Shown piece by piece: positions 25,038 through 34,609 of a stretch of DNA of 34,880 nucleotides. The notes below the pieces were generated by a model. That model was not told where the DNA came from. It saw only the letters and a list, made by a program, of their open reading frames with translations, and made no database searches. Position 1 is the first letter of the stretch; every line of letters starts with the position of its first letter. The DNA is taken from IMG/VR virus record IMGVR_UViG_3300045988_170323, one strand, 5' to 3'. Position numbers and translations under genes: made by a program. Source of the DNA: a virus.

Positions 25038-25337
25038 CTACTTATCCTCCTTGGTTTCTTCTGTTGTCTGCTTTGAATCATTTGCTTTTGCCGTTTCCTC
25101 TTTCTCTACGTATGCAGTTCTAACAAGCTCATCAAACTTATTATCAAATGCTGTGACTTCTTCATCATAAGCTGCCTTATCTGCATAATATACAGATGAA
25201 TCCTTAATTGTCTTTGTAATGCTAATTCCTCCATCCTCTGATAATGATGAATTGCAATACATCACCTGCTTGCTGTCCGTTCCTGTACCTGTTTTGATTG
25301 TACCTGACAGGATAATTTTCTTTGTCATTTCTAACAT
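25038..25337 (-). CDS. Hypothetical protein (99 aa) upstream of the holin gene
   Basis: GGAGGA RBS. Confidence 0.5.
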   Translation of the reverse strand: MLEMTKKIILSGTIKTGTGTDSKQVMYCNSSLSEDGGISITKTIKDSSVYYADKAAYDEEVTAFDNKFDELVRTAYVEKEETAKANDSKQTTEETKEDK

Positions 25338-25401
25338 GTCTTTGTCCTCCTTGGATATATGATATTTATAATTAGCTCTTTATAAGCATAATTATTGATA
25401 T

Positions 25402-25425
25402 AAAAAAAGCACTGATAAACAGTGC
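25402..25425 (-). terminator. Terminator just outside the invertible fibre segment
   Basis: Stem gcactg / cagtgc followed by T7 on the minus strand. Confidence 0.45.
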
Positions 25426-25524
25426 AAAAGTGTATGCTTAACAGACATAACTTTATTAAATTTTTAAAAGCCATGCCTGGAGATTTCGTCTTTAATTTTT
25501 CTATAAAATATGTTCTTATGTTTC

Positions 25525-25540
25525 CTAAACAACAATATTA
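25525..25540. repeat. Inverted repeat, left copy (CTAAACAACAATATTA)
   Basis: It is the exact reverse complement of 26380-26395. Confidence 0.9.
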
Positions 25541-25866
25541 TTGAAACAATGGGTAGCAATGGTATTAGCTCTGGAAATAGTATAAATATGGATAGTGAGC
25601 TTTTTAGCTCTCATAAACCATTATATATTCACGCTATAACTACACAAAATCCTAATAGCATAGTCGGAATGCCTCAAGGTGCATATGGATATGGTGTTCT
25701 TATAACATTATTGTCAAAATATGAATCTTCATGGGCTTCATGTCAAATATATATACCTCATGGTGGTGAAGTTTCAAGAGATATATATGTTCGTACATCG
25801 GGCGATACATATAAAAGAAAACCGTCTTGGAGACGCATTGAAGCAACTCAAATTGAAGCGACTTAA
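25525..25866 (+). CDS. Silent alternative tail-fibre C-terminal cassette (knob-like), antisense to the late operon
   Basis: The frame opens only 18 nt before the repeat, and the ATG at 25510 has no RBS. The pattern GAYGYGVLITL...CQIYIP...IYVRT...SWRRI resembles pyocin/fibre knob domains. Confidence 0.6.
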   Translation, partial: LNNNIIETMGSNGISSGNSINMDSELFSSHKPLYIHAITTQNPNSIVGMPQGAYGYGVLITLLSKYESSWASCQIYIPHGGEVSRDIYVRTSGDTYKRKPSWRRIEATQIEAT

Positions 25867-25957
25867 ATAATTTAATTAAATAGCCGAATGTTGATATTAA
25901 GGAGTAATTAAAAGAAATATTGTTTTTGAAAATTTTATATATATTTCCAATTTAATA

Positions 25958-26521
25958 TTACTGTAAAAATACAAATTCACCATATATATAATAGCCTTTA
26001 ACAAATTCCGAAGCTGCCCATGCGCCCAAGTATCCATCTGTATTATAATACCGTGCAAGCCTTATCATCTTGTTTGTTTGGTCGATACATGTGCCATAAC
26101 CTATTAGTTTGTTGATAATTTTCCCTTCTGCATTATAGCACTGCCATGTACCACCTAATATTTTGATTGCATCAGATATTTGTAAGTTAAACAAATTAAA
26201 TACTTTATTAATATCATATCTGAATTTGAAATCGCTTGTATCTGAACTTGCACGTTCAATTTTAGTCGTGAACTTTAATATGCCAACTTTTGCCGTCTTA
26301 TTGTAAATAGCAAAATTATATCCATATCCTTCACAATTGCTTTCCGATATAAAATTTTTTGTAAAGCAACTATAAAAGGTAATATTGTTGTTTAGCTCAC
26401 TTATCATGCTGTTATTGTTCTTTATCCCATCCTCCATGTGGTTCAGCCTTGCTGCACTCCATGGTGTGCCTCCGCCTGGTCCGTTTTTCCATAATTGTTT
26501 TACATATTCTATAAAATTCAT
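25958..26521 (-). CDS. Tail fibre / receptor-binding protein (currently expressed form)
   Basis: The N-terminal WKNGPGGGTPWSAARLNHMEDGI is a common phage fibre N-terminal motif. The gene follows Tal. Confidence 0.65.
   Translation of the reverse strand: MNFIEYVKQLWKNGPGGGTPWSAARLNHMEDGIKNNNSMISELNNNITFYSCFTKNFISESNCEGYGYNFAIYNKTAKVGILKFTTKIERASSDTSDFKFRYDINKVFNLFNLQISDAIKILGGTWQCYNAEGKIINKLIGYGTCIDQTNKMIRLARYYNTDGYLGAWAASEFVKGYYIYGEFVFLQ
26380..26395. repeat. Inverted repeat, right copy (TAATATTGTTGTTTAG) inside fibre codons 43-48
   Basis: It is the exact reverse complement of 25525-25540. Confidence 0.9.
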
Positions 26522-26549
26522 ATCGTCTGTTTCCTTTCTTAATCAAAAT

Positions 26550-29500
26550 CTAGACCCATTCACTATTTCCAGGGCTATATTTATATGAAGCAATTATTGT
26601 GTTATCTATATATATTCTAAGATAAGTTCCATCCCAGCCAAATGAAATATCGTTATCTGAAGTCCTATTTAAAGCTGCTCCACACCAACCAATATTTTGA
26701 TTATATAATTTAAAAGAATCTGTCTTTATTCCTCCTATAACAGATAGAGCACAATCCTTATAATAATTAGTATTATTATTACAAATGCGAACATATCCCT
26801 TGCCTATTTTTGTGTATTTTTGAGAATTTGGCTGATACCATAATGTTATACTATCTCTAAGCACTGAAACTTCTGTGCCAGCGGATCCAGTTATAATAAG
26901 TCCATCTCCACTGCCATCATCACTATTAGATACCAATGTAAGTGTATTTATATTTTCTTTATTTCTTGCATGTATTCCGTGTGGATGTATTAGAGTATAT
27001 GTATTATTGGTTGTATCAAGCATCTTAAGATATCCACCAAAAAGACATGCTTCAGAATTAAATGTATTACCTGACTCTTGCAATTGACCATACGAACACA
27101 TTTTACCTTCTGCTGTTATAAAGAATGTATAATCAAACAAATTATTCTTTTCCTTAGTAACTTGTAATATATGCGTTGATGGCTTTTCTGCTTTGTGTAA
27201 TGATACATCATATGTCACATCATTATAATCGTATGATGAATATATTGACTTATCACCTATTTTCCAGCCGCCAACTGTACCACCATCTACAATGATATTT
27301 TTACACTTTGTTATTCTGCCATCTTCCGTAAGTGTAAAATTATCACTATCTATAGCAATTCTATTCCCCGAGAGGTTAAGTCCACCTTTGGCCGTAATAT
27401 TAATCGTGTCTGCAATAGCTTCTATGGCACTCTTTAACTGACCATCCTTATTCTCTATTAATGCTTTCAAGCTTGCAGATGTAGCATAATCCCCCAGCTT
27501 GGCAGTTACTGCCGCCGATATACTTGTTTCCCCAGGTGAAATAGCCTGGATAATATCTGCCGTTGTCGAATACGTTTTAAGAGCATTATCAGTATAATTA
27601 TTAGCCCCAGATGTTGCTGCATTGGCTGCATCATCAGCATACTTCTGTGTTGCATAAGTCGCCTGCAGTGAAGAGCTTATTGTTGATTTATCATCCTTAA
27701 TTTCCTGAACAATCCGGTTAACCATTTCGGTTGTAGTAGAATAGTTGTTAACTAAATCCTTTCTAACGCTCGTAAGCTCACCTGTTATATTATCTACAGC
27801 TACATCATGCCGGGCGAATCTGTTAAGCATATAGGCTGTTTCTGTGTTTGATATCTCTTCCCACACCCAAGCATCATCTTTCTTTGTAAATCTCCAGGTC
27901 TTATTAGCCGTTGGATTATATGCTATGGCTCCTACATGTAGAGCGTATGCTGAATCATTATATTGCCACGTATCTGTTTCAAGTGGATACCAGTCTTCCG
28001 CAGGATATACTGGGACAAAAAACTCCGTCGCCGGATAATTATCAAGGGTTGGAATTTCCGATACCGTATATGCATTAAAATCTCCGCCTATCCGCTTATA
28101 CGTTTCTGACACATATGTTTTAACACTATCAGCTGACAGCTTTATAGCTGATTCCATATCCTTTGTAACCGTATAATTCTTTAAGGCATCAGTTAATGCA
28201 TTTGCTGCAGTACCTTCTGCTGCTGACTGTGCTGCACTTGCCACTCCATCTGCATATTCCTTGGTAGAATTTATTCCATCTGTAAAATCTGTCATAGTTG
28301 TATACGTTTTAGATATTGAAGATGTAATGCTTTCCTCACTCTGACTTATAAGAGATTTTGCAGATTCAGTTGTTATATAGTTATCCTTGATATCAACCTT
28401 AACCCTGCTAACTTCCGCTGTTATCCCATCAATAGCAACCTGAAAAGCTGCATGCTTATTAAGCATATAAGCTGTCTCACTTGCAGATATTTCCGTCCAT
28501 CCATATGTCCCAGACGACTGTTTAAGAAACTTCCAGGCACGATTAGAACTTTTCATATAAGCAACTGCTCCTGCGTGTTTAGCATACTCTTCTTGTGTAT
28601 ACTGCCATGTATCTGTTTCAAGTGGGTACCAGTCCTCTGCTGGATATACTTTCACAAAGAATTCAGTTGCTGGATAATTGTCCAGCGTTGGTACCTCTGT
28701 AATATCATATATCTCAAATGTACCATTAAGCTGCTTAGTAACGTCCGACATATCTATCTTAAAGCTGTCTAATGTTGTCTTAACATCATTAAACTTGCTT
28801 TTTACAGAATTGCCTTCCTCATCAATATCCGTCCACCACAGTTTATGCTCTATGAATGTCTTAGCCTGCAGCATAGTAGAACCCCATGCATCAGAACCAC
28901 CGCTAACATAATTATTAATAGTCTGAAATGTACTCTCCAATGTCTGATCTGTTGTATCTACATGTATCTTACTTGCATTAAAAGTATTGCTCTTATCTGC
29001 GTTCATAACACTAAATACACTATCTATATCCAGCTTCTTTCCAGATATGGCGGCATTATCAGATACCATATCATTTCTGATAATTGCTTTCTTAATGCCA
29101 GCCTCTTGAACGCCATACAACGGGTCAAACATCAATTTTCCGTCTTTATCCCATATATATATATTATAATCACCGGCTGCATCCTTACCTAGCTGGATAC
29201 GTACCCTATCCTTGTCACTTATCTGGATGGTATTATCCTTCCATGTAGACTTACCATCTTCACTATGTACGTTCATTACTGTTGTATTGATATCTATACC
29301 AGTTATCTTATCAAATGCCAGGTCTTTTATCATAGCGCTTGTTATCTGCGCATCACCAATTACAGATACAACCGAATTAGCAAAATCCGTTGTTATAGTT
29401 GTGCCGGTGGCAGAACCGAACAACAAAGTATTCACCTTTTCAACATCAACATTCAGGTCCTTAACACTTGCTTTTATCGCTTCAAAGTCAGTTGCCTTTA

Positions 29501-30734
29501 AATCTGCAAATTCACCGCTAAGCGACTTAAGGCTCTCAATCGTTGCATATGTAATCTCTGCCTCAGCGCTTTTAAGAGTTGTTGTTTCCAATGTACCTAT
29601 CTTTGCTTCTGCGGCCATCATGCTCTGTTCAACTTCAAGTACCTTTGTCTTTGTATTTACAAACTCAGCATTATTTGCAATAACTGTATCAATATTAAGA
29701 ACTTTAGATGCATCAATATTATCAATACAATCACCATCAACAGTACCATTGTCATTTGTAATATTATCAACCGTATCAGTTGTATTATTATATTTCTGCA
29801 CATATGAAGAAAACGAAAGCTTCATGTTAGATATCTCACAGGTATCATCTGCCGGATTATCTGGATAATGCTTCAGCTTAACTATGCGCTGCTTTATTCT
29901 TGTATGCTTCTGCTTATTAATAATCGTAATAACATCACCAACATCACAAGAATTATCCAGGTCAATCAGCTTACAACTATAAGATATATAAGGACAAGCT
30001 AGCTCTTCAAGCTTAGCTGCCGCATCCTCTTTTAAAGATTCAGGTATCGTATATCTTTCATCTTTCCATATGTACGTCTTATTCTTTGCACTATAAGTAT
30101 GATTTTCTAGGAATTTACTACCATAATTCACAGATTCTATAGTAAGACCATCTTTACCTATTGGAAGAATTCTTGTATAAAAATTCGTAGTATCTGACTG
30201 ACTGCTTAATGAAACAAGATTAAGCTGATCAGAAAAATAACAGCCTTTATCTTCTCCTATTTTCTCCTTATAAATAATTTTCTTATTCAGTGAATCTATA
30301 GTCATCTCAAGTCTGAATGTGTCTGCAATCTTTTTAAGAATGTCCCAGGATGAACTATTAGTCATTCTTACAGTACGTTTCTTTTTAATATCACATTCAC
30401 AAGTCCAGCCGGTTCCTGCTAAGGCAAGATTAACAGTATTTAGGGCTGTCTGCTCTACAGTTTCAAATTTCTGTATTGCATTACCTTCTAGCGCATCAAT
30501 ATTAAGCTTCGCAACTATGTCATAGAAATTATTATCAGAGTCATTTATCTGTTTTATAACATATTCATCAGTCTTGGTTATTATATAATCTTCAAGCTCA
30601 ATCTTATTCACAACACTTTGATCAGCGCCGAAACTAAGTGTTTTATCACCATAATCAAGCACTTTTTCGATATATAAATCCTTATATTTTGTAATCGGCG
30701 ATACTATGCCGCTTTTATCTTTATATCTTAACAT
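26550..30734 (-). CDS. Tail-associated protein (Tal; prophage tail endopeptidase-type N-terminus) with a long fibre-like extension
   Basis: 1394 aa. The N-terminus MLRYKDKSGIVSPITKYKDLYIEKVLDYGDKTLSF is typical of Tal / minor structural proteins, and the gene follows Dit. Confidence 0.75.
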   Translation of the reverse strand: MLRYKDKSGIVSPITKYKDLYIEKVLDYGDKTLSFGADQSVVNKIELEDYIITKTDEYVIKQINDSDNNFYDIVAKLNIDALEGNAIQKFETVEQTALNTVNLALAGTGWTCECDIKKKRTVRMTNSSSWDILKKIADTFRLEMTIDSLNKKIIYKEKIGEDKGCYFSDQLNLVSLSSQSDTTNFYTRILPIGKDGLTIESVNYGSKFLENHTYSAKNKTYIWKDERYTIPESLKEDAAAKLEELACPYISYSCKLIDLDNSCDVGDVITIINKQKHTRIKQRIVKLKHYPDNPADDTCEISNMKLSFSSYVQKYNNTTDTVDNITNDNGTVDGDCIDNIDASKVLNIDTVIANNAEFVNTKTKVLEVEQSMMAAEAKIGTLETTTLKSAEAEITYATIESLKSLSGEFADLKATDFEAIKASVKDLNVDVEKVNTLLFGSATGTTITTDFANSVVSVIGDAQITSAMIKDLAFDKITGIDINTTVMNVHSEDGKSTWKDNTIQISDKDRVRIQLGKDAAGDYNIYIWDKDGKLMFDPLYGVQEAGIKKAIIRNDMVSDNAAISGKKLDIDSVFSVMNADKSNTFNASKIHVDTTDQTLESTFQTINNYVSGGSDAWGSTMLQAKTFIEHKLWWTDIDEEGNSVKSKFNDVKTTLDSFKIDMSDVTKQLNGTFEIYDITEVPTLDNYPATEFFVKVYPAEDWYPLETDTWQYTQEEYAKHAGAVAYMKSSNRAWKFLKQSSGTYGWTEISASETAYMLNKHAAFQVAIDGITAEVSRVKVDIKDNYITTESAKSLISQSEESITSSISKTYTTMTDFTDGINSTKEYADGVASAAQSAAEGTAANALTDALKNYTVTKDMESAIKLSADSVKTYVSETYKRIGGDFNAYTVSEIPTLDNYPATEFFVPVYPAEDWYPLETDTWQYNDSAYALHVGAIAYNPTANKTWRFTKKDDAWVWEEISNTETAYMLNRFARHDVAVDNITGELTSVRKDLVNNYSTTTEMVNRIVQEIKDDKSTISSSLQATYATQKYADDAANAATSGANNYTDNALKTYSTTADIIQAISPGETSISAAVTAKLGDYATSASLKALIENKDGQLKSAIEAIADTINITAKGGLNLSGNRIAIDSDNFTLTEDGRITKCKNIIVDGGTVGGWKIGDKSIYSSYDYNDVTYDVSLHKAEKPSTHILQVTKEKNNLFDYTFFITAEGKMCSYGQLQESGNTFNSEACLFGGYLKMLDTTNNTYTLIHPHGIHARNKENINTLTLVSNSDDGSGDGLIITGSAGTEVSVLRDSITLWYQPNSQKYTKIGKGYVRICNNNTNYYKDCALSVIGGIKTDSFKLYNQNIGWCGAALNRTSDNDISFGWDGTYLRIYIDNTIIASYKYSPGNSEWV
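27431..28720. repeat. In-frame tandem duplication (two units of about 645 bp / 215 aa) within Tal
   Basis: (V/I)PTLDNYPATEFFV(K/P)VYPAEDWYPLETDTWQY...W(K/R)F...ETAYMLN... occurs twice, offset by 645 nt. Confidence 0.8.
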
Positions 30735-30768
30735 GTACCGCTCCTTTCCTCATCTCATCATTACTTTT

Positions 30769-31224
30769 CTAATCAATAAGCATAAACAATAACGATTCTA
30801 TATCGTTTCCTGTAAGCCTGTCATAATTATCAGAATCACACTTTTCCAATTCAGAAAACTTAATATTCATTATCTTTATATCTTCCTCTATGTCCATAAG
30901 CTCTTCAACAGACTTAAAAGCCTTGTTCATATCTTCATCAGTTTTATATACATAGTTGTATCTTTTTTCAGATTGTTTTTTCTCTATAATCTCTCCATTT
31001 TCATCTTTTTCAACCATTTCCTTTAACTTAGGATTTCCATGCTCATCTTTTACACATTTTTCTGTTAAGATTTTTTGGCGCTGTTCATCGATGTCCTCTG
31101 CTTTACTAATAAGCAATTTCATGTTAACAGCTATCGCATAACTTACCTTAACAGGCAGCTTCTTGTATGAAAGTGCCTTTAATTTAACCGCATAATTAAT
31201 TACTTCTCTTAATTTTATATTCAT
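30769..31224 (-). CDS. Hypothetical protein (151 aa) between Dit and Tal
   Basis: AGGAGTG RBS before the ATG at 31224. Confidence 0.5.
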   Translation of the reverse strand: MNIKLREVINYAVKLKALSYKKLPVKVSYAIAVNMKLLISKAEDIDEQRQKILTEKCVKDEHGNPKLKEMVEKDENGEIIEKKQSEKRYNYVYKTDEDMNKAFKSVEELMDIEEDIKIMNIKFSELEKCDSDNYDRLTGNDIESLLFMLID

Positions 31225-31268
31225 CAATTACACACTCCTATTTTTCCTAATATTCCATTTTACCTAAA

Positions 31269-31979
31269 TCATCTGTAAAACGCCCTATAATCAACCTTCA
31301 CACTACACGAATTATCAAGTGTAATAATATTTTTCCCAGGCATTAGCCTTGGAAACTCCCATAGATCAGTCTTATCAAGTATATTCTGGCCATTTTCCGT
31401 AATCGTACAATTCTGGCCATCAATAACAACCTTTGCATTCCTGGCTATATCCTTAATAGTTATAGCTTCATCAGTTATACCGGTTACAGTAAGATTTACT
31501 AATGCTATATCCGGTGTAATCGTTACAATCGCTGGCGACTTTGAAGTGCCTTCCATTACAAGTGTTTTTTCTTTACCGGTAAATTCTACAGTACGTAATA
31601 TTCCCTTCTTGCTATACGCATTAAGATTAATCTTATAACTATATAACCACCTCTTCACAAGTTCCCTATCTTCGCTCTTAAAGTCAAAGTCATATGTAAA
31701 GTTCATATTATCAAGCTGCAGCTCTCCAGAATCAAAATCACTCATTATAGAACTCATAGTAAGCTCACACTCTTCCTTGCTTTTACCTTTAACAAGCATT
31801 TCTATACATATCTCAAAATCCGTGTACCTGTTAGGTTTTGACTTTGCTGGAAGAAAGCTTTCTGCCAACCAGTCAACATAAGTTACAACATTACGTGGCT
31901 TAACCGTCTGGCTAAGCCACGTAACATTTTTATATTTCTTTCGTAAGTCAATATTTGCATTACTTTTATTCACTATCAT
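31269..31979 (-). CDS. Distal tail protein (Dit)
   Basis: 236 aa with an ATGA overlap onto the tape measure stop; canonical position. Confidence 0.65.
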   Translation of the reverse strand: MIVNKSNANIDLRKKYKNVTWLSQTVKPRNVVTYVDWLAESFLPAKSKPNRYTDFEICIEMLVKGKSKEECELTMSSIMSDFDSGELQLDNMNFTYDFDFKSEDRELVKRWLYSYKINLNAYSKKGILRTVEFTGKEKTLVMEGTSKSPAIVTITPDIALVNLTVTGITDEAITIKDIARNAKVVIDGQNCTITENGQNILDKTDLWEFPRLMPGKNIITLDNSCSVKVDYRAFYR

Positions 31980-34561
31980 CTATCAGTCACCAACTTCAAT
32001 GCAGCCTGATTCATAAAGTAATCAACATCTGCCTTATCCTTAAAATTATAGTTTCCGTTAAAGTTAATCTGTGTATTGTTGCTTGTTGTCTGGCTGCCCT
32101 GTGAACCAGAAGCAACCATTCCACTTATATTAAGATTAGTTGCCAGTTCCATAGCTGCATCTGATATAAGATGCTTCTGTTGGTTAATCTGCTCTGCCAT
32201 CCTGCCAACAAAGTCAGGCATCCATTCCTCATAATCCCTAAGAGGTCCTTCATCCGGACGTGAGAAATGCAGGAAGCTTGTTATCTTCTCTGCTACTGAT
32301 TTAGCTGCATTCCCAACCGCACCAAGCATAGACCAGATACCATCAATTAGACCACTTATCATATCAGAACCCCATGAGAAAGCTATATCAACCAGATCAC
32401 CGAATGTATTGTAAAGAAATGAAACCATATTACCAATAACACTTCCTATACCTTCAACGATGCCACCAATTATTTCAAGCAAGCCATGCCATGCTCTGTC
32501 CCAGTCTCCAGTAATCACACCCATAACAACATCTATAATTCCCTGTATGGTATGCATAATTCCTTCCACAATACCTTGTATAGCGCCAAGTACTGAACTA
32601 ATTGCATTTTTAATAATTGCAAGTGCAGCTTTTATAATTGCTGATATTGTCGATATCCACAATGATATAACGAGCTTAATATATTCACAGAATACAGAAA
32701 TAGCACCTTTAATAATTTCTAAAGCCGTCATAATCACTGGTTCTATTGTCTCCCAGAATGACTGTATAGCCGTTATCATTCCATTGAAAAATGCTTTCAG
32801 ATATGATGCTAATTCCGTAAATTTCGTATTAATAAAGTTCCTGAAATCATCACACTTAAAATATAAAGCTGTTATTATAGCTATTACCGCCGTAACAGCA
32901 GCTATAACAAGTCCTATCGGTCCTGTAAGTACTGCCAGTGCTCCTGACAATCCAGCAACAGCGCCGCTCGTCCCTGTTATTATTCCAATCAATGTCGTTA
33001 TTATTGGAATAATTGTAGACACAAGACTTATAATTGACGATATTCCAGTTGCTATCTTACCGAATATTATCAGTGCCGGTCCAATCGCCGCCACTACTAA
33101 TGCTATATTAACTATGAGCCGCTTAGAGCTTTCTGACATTCCATTAAACTGTGATACAACACTCATAATGCCTTGTACTATCTGTAATATACTTGGCATT
33201 AAAAGTTCACCCATACTTATAGCAAGCTCCTGAAGCTGGCTTTTAAGTGTTGTAATCTGTCCACTCAGATTATCCTGCATTGTAGCAGCCATATTCTCTG
33301 CTGTTCCATCGCAGTTATTAATAGCTCCTGACAATTTTTCTATATCTGAAGGAGCTGCATTCATAAGTGCAAGAAAGCCTGACATAGCCTCCGTGCCAAC
33401 AAGAGAACTTGCAGCACTTGACTTCTCTGATTCCGACAAATGACCAAACGCTTCACGGCAATCTGATAATATATATGATAAACCTCTCATGGATCCATCA
33501 GCATTAGTTGTTGCTATTGTTACCTTGCCTAACTCATTTCCTTCAATCTCAATATCACCAGTTAAGGAAGTCATTATCTTACGAAGTGTTGTACCTGCCT
33601 GTGAAGCCTTTATACCACTATTTGCCATAAGTCCAATAGCTTCAGCAGTATCTTCTACACTATAGCCTAATGCTCCTGCAATAGGTGCTGCATACTTGAA
33701 TGTCTCACCCATCATAGACACATTTGTATTGGCATTAGAAGAAGCAGCCGCTAAAACATCTGCAAAATGTCCTGAATCTTCTGCTTTCAATCCAAATGCT
33801 GTAAGTGCATCAGTTACTATATCTGACGTTGTTGCCAGGTCTTCCCCTGATGCCGCTGCAAGATTCATTATTCCAGATATACCATCAATCATATCTGATG
33901 TTTTCCACCCTGCCATAGCCATATAGCCAAATGCATCACCAGCTTCTGTAGCTGAGAACTTAGTCTGTGACCCCATTTCTCTTGCTTTACTCTTAAGCGC
34001 TTCTAAATCCTCACCAGTTGCACCTGATATGGCTGCAACATTGCTCATAGAACTTTCAAAATCAGCAGTAGTTTTTACTGCCGCCGCACCCAGACCAACT
34101 ATAGCAGCACTTCCCTTAGACATATTACGTCCAATGCTCTGTGCTCCCTCGCCAACCTTTCCAGTAACATCCGCTATACTTGCAAGCTTTGCATTCGCAG
34201 ACATGCTTTCTTTAGTAAGATTCTTAAGTTCCTGCTCCGTAGCAACAATCTCCCTGCAGAGCGCCTGGTATTGTTCCTGGCTTATCTTGCCCTTCTGTCC
34301 TACCTCTGTTGCCGCCTGCTTCTCAGCTTCTTTTAAAGCTGTAAGCTTATTACTCGTTTCTTCTATAGCAGTCTTTAATAGTTTCTGCTTCTGGCTTAAC
34401 AGCTCAGTATTAGTAGGATCCAGCTTTAATAACTTATTAACATCTTTTAATTCACTTTGGGTTGTCTTTATTGCCGAATTCGTATCTTTTAATGCACTTT
34501 GGAGTTTAGTTGTATCTCCTCCAATTTCTACAGTAATTCCTGCTATTCTACTTTTCGCCAT
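31976..34561 (-). CDS. Tape measure protein
   Basis: 861 aa with an N-terminal coiled coil, a central hydrophobic/Gly-Ala-rich region, and the expected position. Confidence 0.9.
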   Translation of the reverse strand: MAKSRIAGITVEIGGDTTKLQSALKDTNSAIKTTQSELKDVNKLLKLDPTNTELLSQKQKLLKTAIEETSNKLTALKEAEKQAATEVGQKGKISQEQYQALCREIVATEQELKNLTKESMSANAKLASIADVTGKVGEGAQSIGRNMSKGSAAIVGLGAAAVKTTADFESSMSNVAAISGATGEDLEALKSKAREMGSQTKFSATEAGDAFGYMAMAGWKTSDMIDGISGIMNLAAASGEDLATTSDIVTDALTAFGLKAEDSGHFADVLAAASSNANTNVSMMGETFKYAAPIAGALGYSVEDTAEAIGLMANSGIKASQAGTTLRKIMTSLTGDIEIEGNELGKVTIATTNADGSMRGLSYILSDCREAFGHLSESEKSSAASSLVGTEAMSGFLALMNAAPSDIEKLSGAINNCDGTAENMAATMQDNLSGQITTLKSQLQELAISMGELLMPSILQIVQGIMSVVSQFNGMSESSKRLIVNIALVVAAIGPALIIFGKIATGISSIISLVSTIIPIITTLIGIITGTSGAVAGLSGALAVLTGPIGLVIAAVTAVIAIITALYFKCDDFRNFINTKFTELASYLKAFFNGMITAIQSFWETIEPVIMTALEIIKGAISVFCEYIKLVISLWISTISAIIKAALAIIKNAISSVLGAIQGIVEGIMHTIQGIIDVVMGVITGDWDRAWHGLLEIIGGIVEGIGSVIGNMVSFLYNTFGDLVDIAFSWGSDMISGLIDGIWSMLGAVGNAAKSVAEKITSFLHFSRPDEGPLRDYEEWMPDFVGRMAEQINQQKHLISDAAMELATNLNISGMVASGSQGSQTTSNNTQINFNGNYNFKDKADVDYFMNQAALKLVTDR

Positions 34562-34577
34562 AAGCCAACTCCAAAAA

Positions 34578-34609
34578 GACCGCCTTAATGCTAAACATTA
34601 AAAGCGGTC
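34578..34609 (-). terminator. Terminator-like hairpin covering the gpT stop codon, 17 nt before the tape measure ATG
   Basis: Minus strand reads GACCGCTTTTAATG-TTTAG-CATTAAGGCGGTC followed by TTTTTGG. Confidence 0.4.

Larger units (their letters stand above)
25525..26395. other. Putative invertible DNA segment (about 871 bp) carrying two convergent fibre C-terminal cassettes
   Basis: It is bounded by the 16-bp inverted repeat, which is read as LNNNI in frame on both sides. Confidence 0.6.

Noticed and set aside
25519-25548. Short dyad tgtttc...gaaaca flanking the left inverted-repeat copy, as a recombinase core-site signature
   Set aside because: The right copy has no equivalent dyad, and 6-bp arms in AT-rich DNA are easily produced by chance.
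25510-25866. The 118-aa + strand ORF as an independently expressed gene
   Set aside because: It has no ribosome-binding site or obvious promoter. Its frame opens only 18 nt before the inverted repeat, and it lacks the fibre N-terminal motif. It is better explained as a silent cassette of the inverton.
27431-28720. Diversity-generating retroelement (template/variable repeat pair) as an explanation for the Tal internal repeat
   Set aside because: No reverse transcriptase is encoded anywhere in the genome. Both copies are in frame within one gene, and mismatches between copies are of all kinds rather than adenine-specific.
26875-30525. Several + strand ORFs (up to 218 aa at 29212..29868) inside Tal
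   Set aside because: These are antisense shadow ORFs within a 4.2-kb coding region, with no translation signals.
32460-34601. Long + strand ORFs (257 aa, 76 aa, 190 aa) inside the tape measure gene
   Set aside because: These are antisense shadow ORFs of a long biased-composition gene. They lack RBSs and have Ser/Ile/Ala-rich nonsense-like composition.
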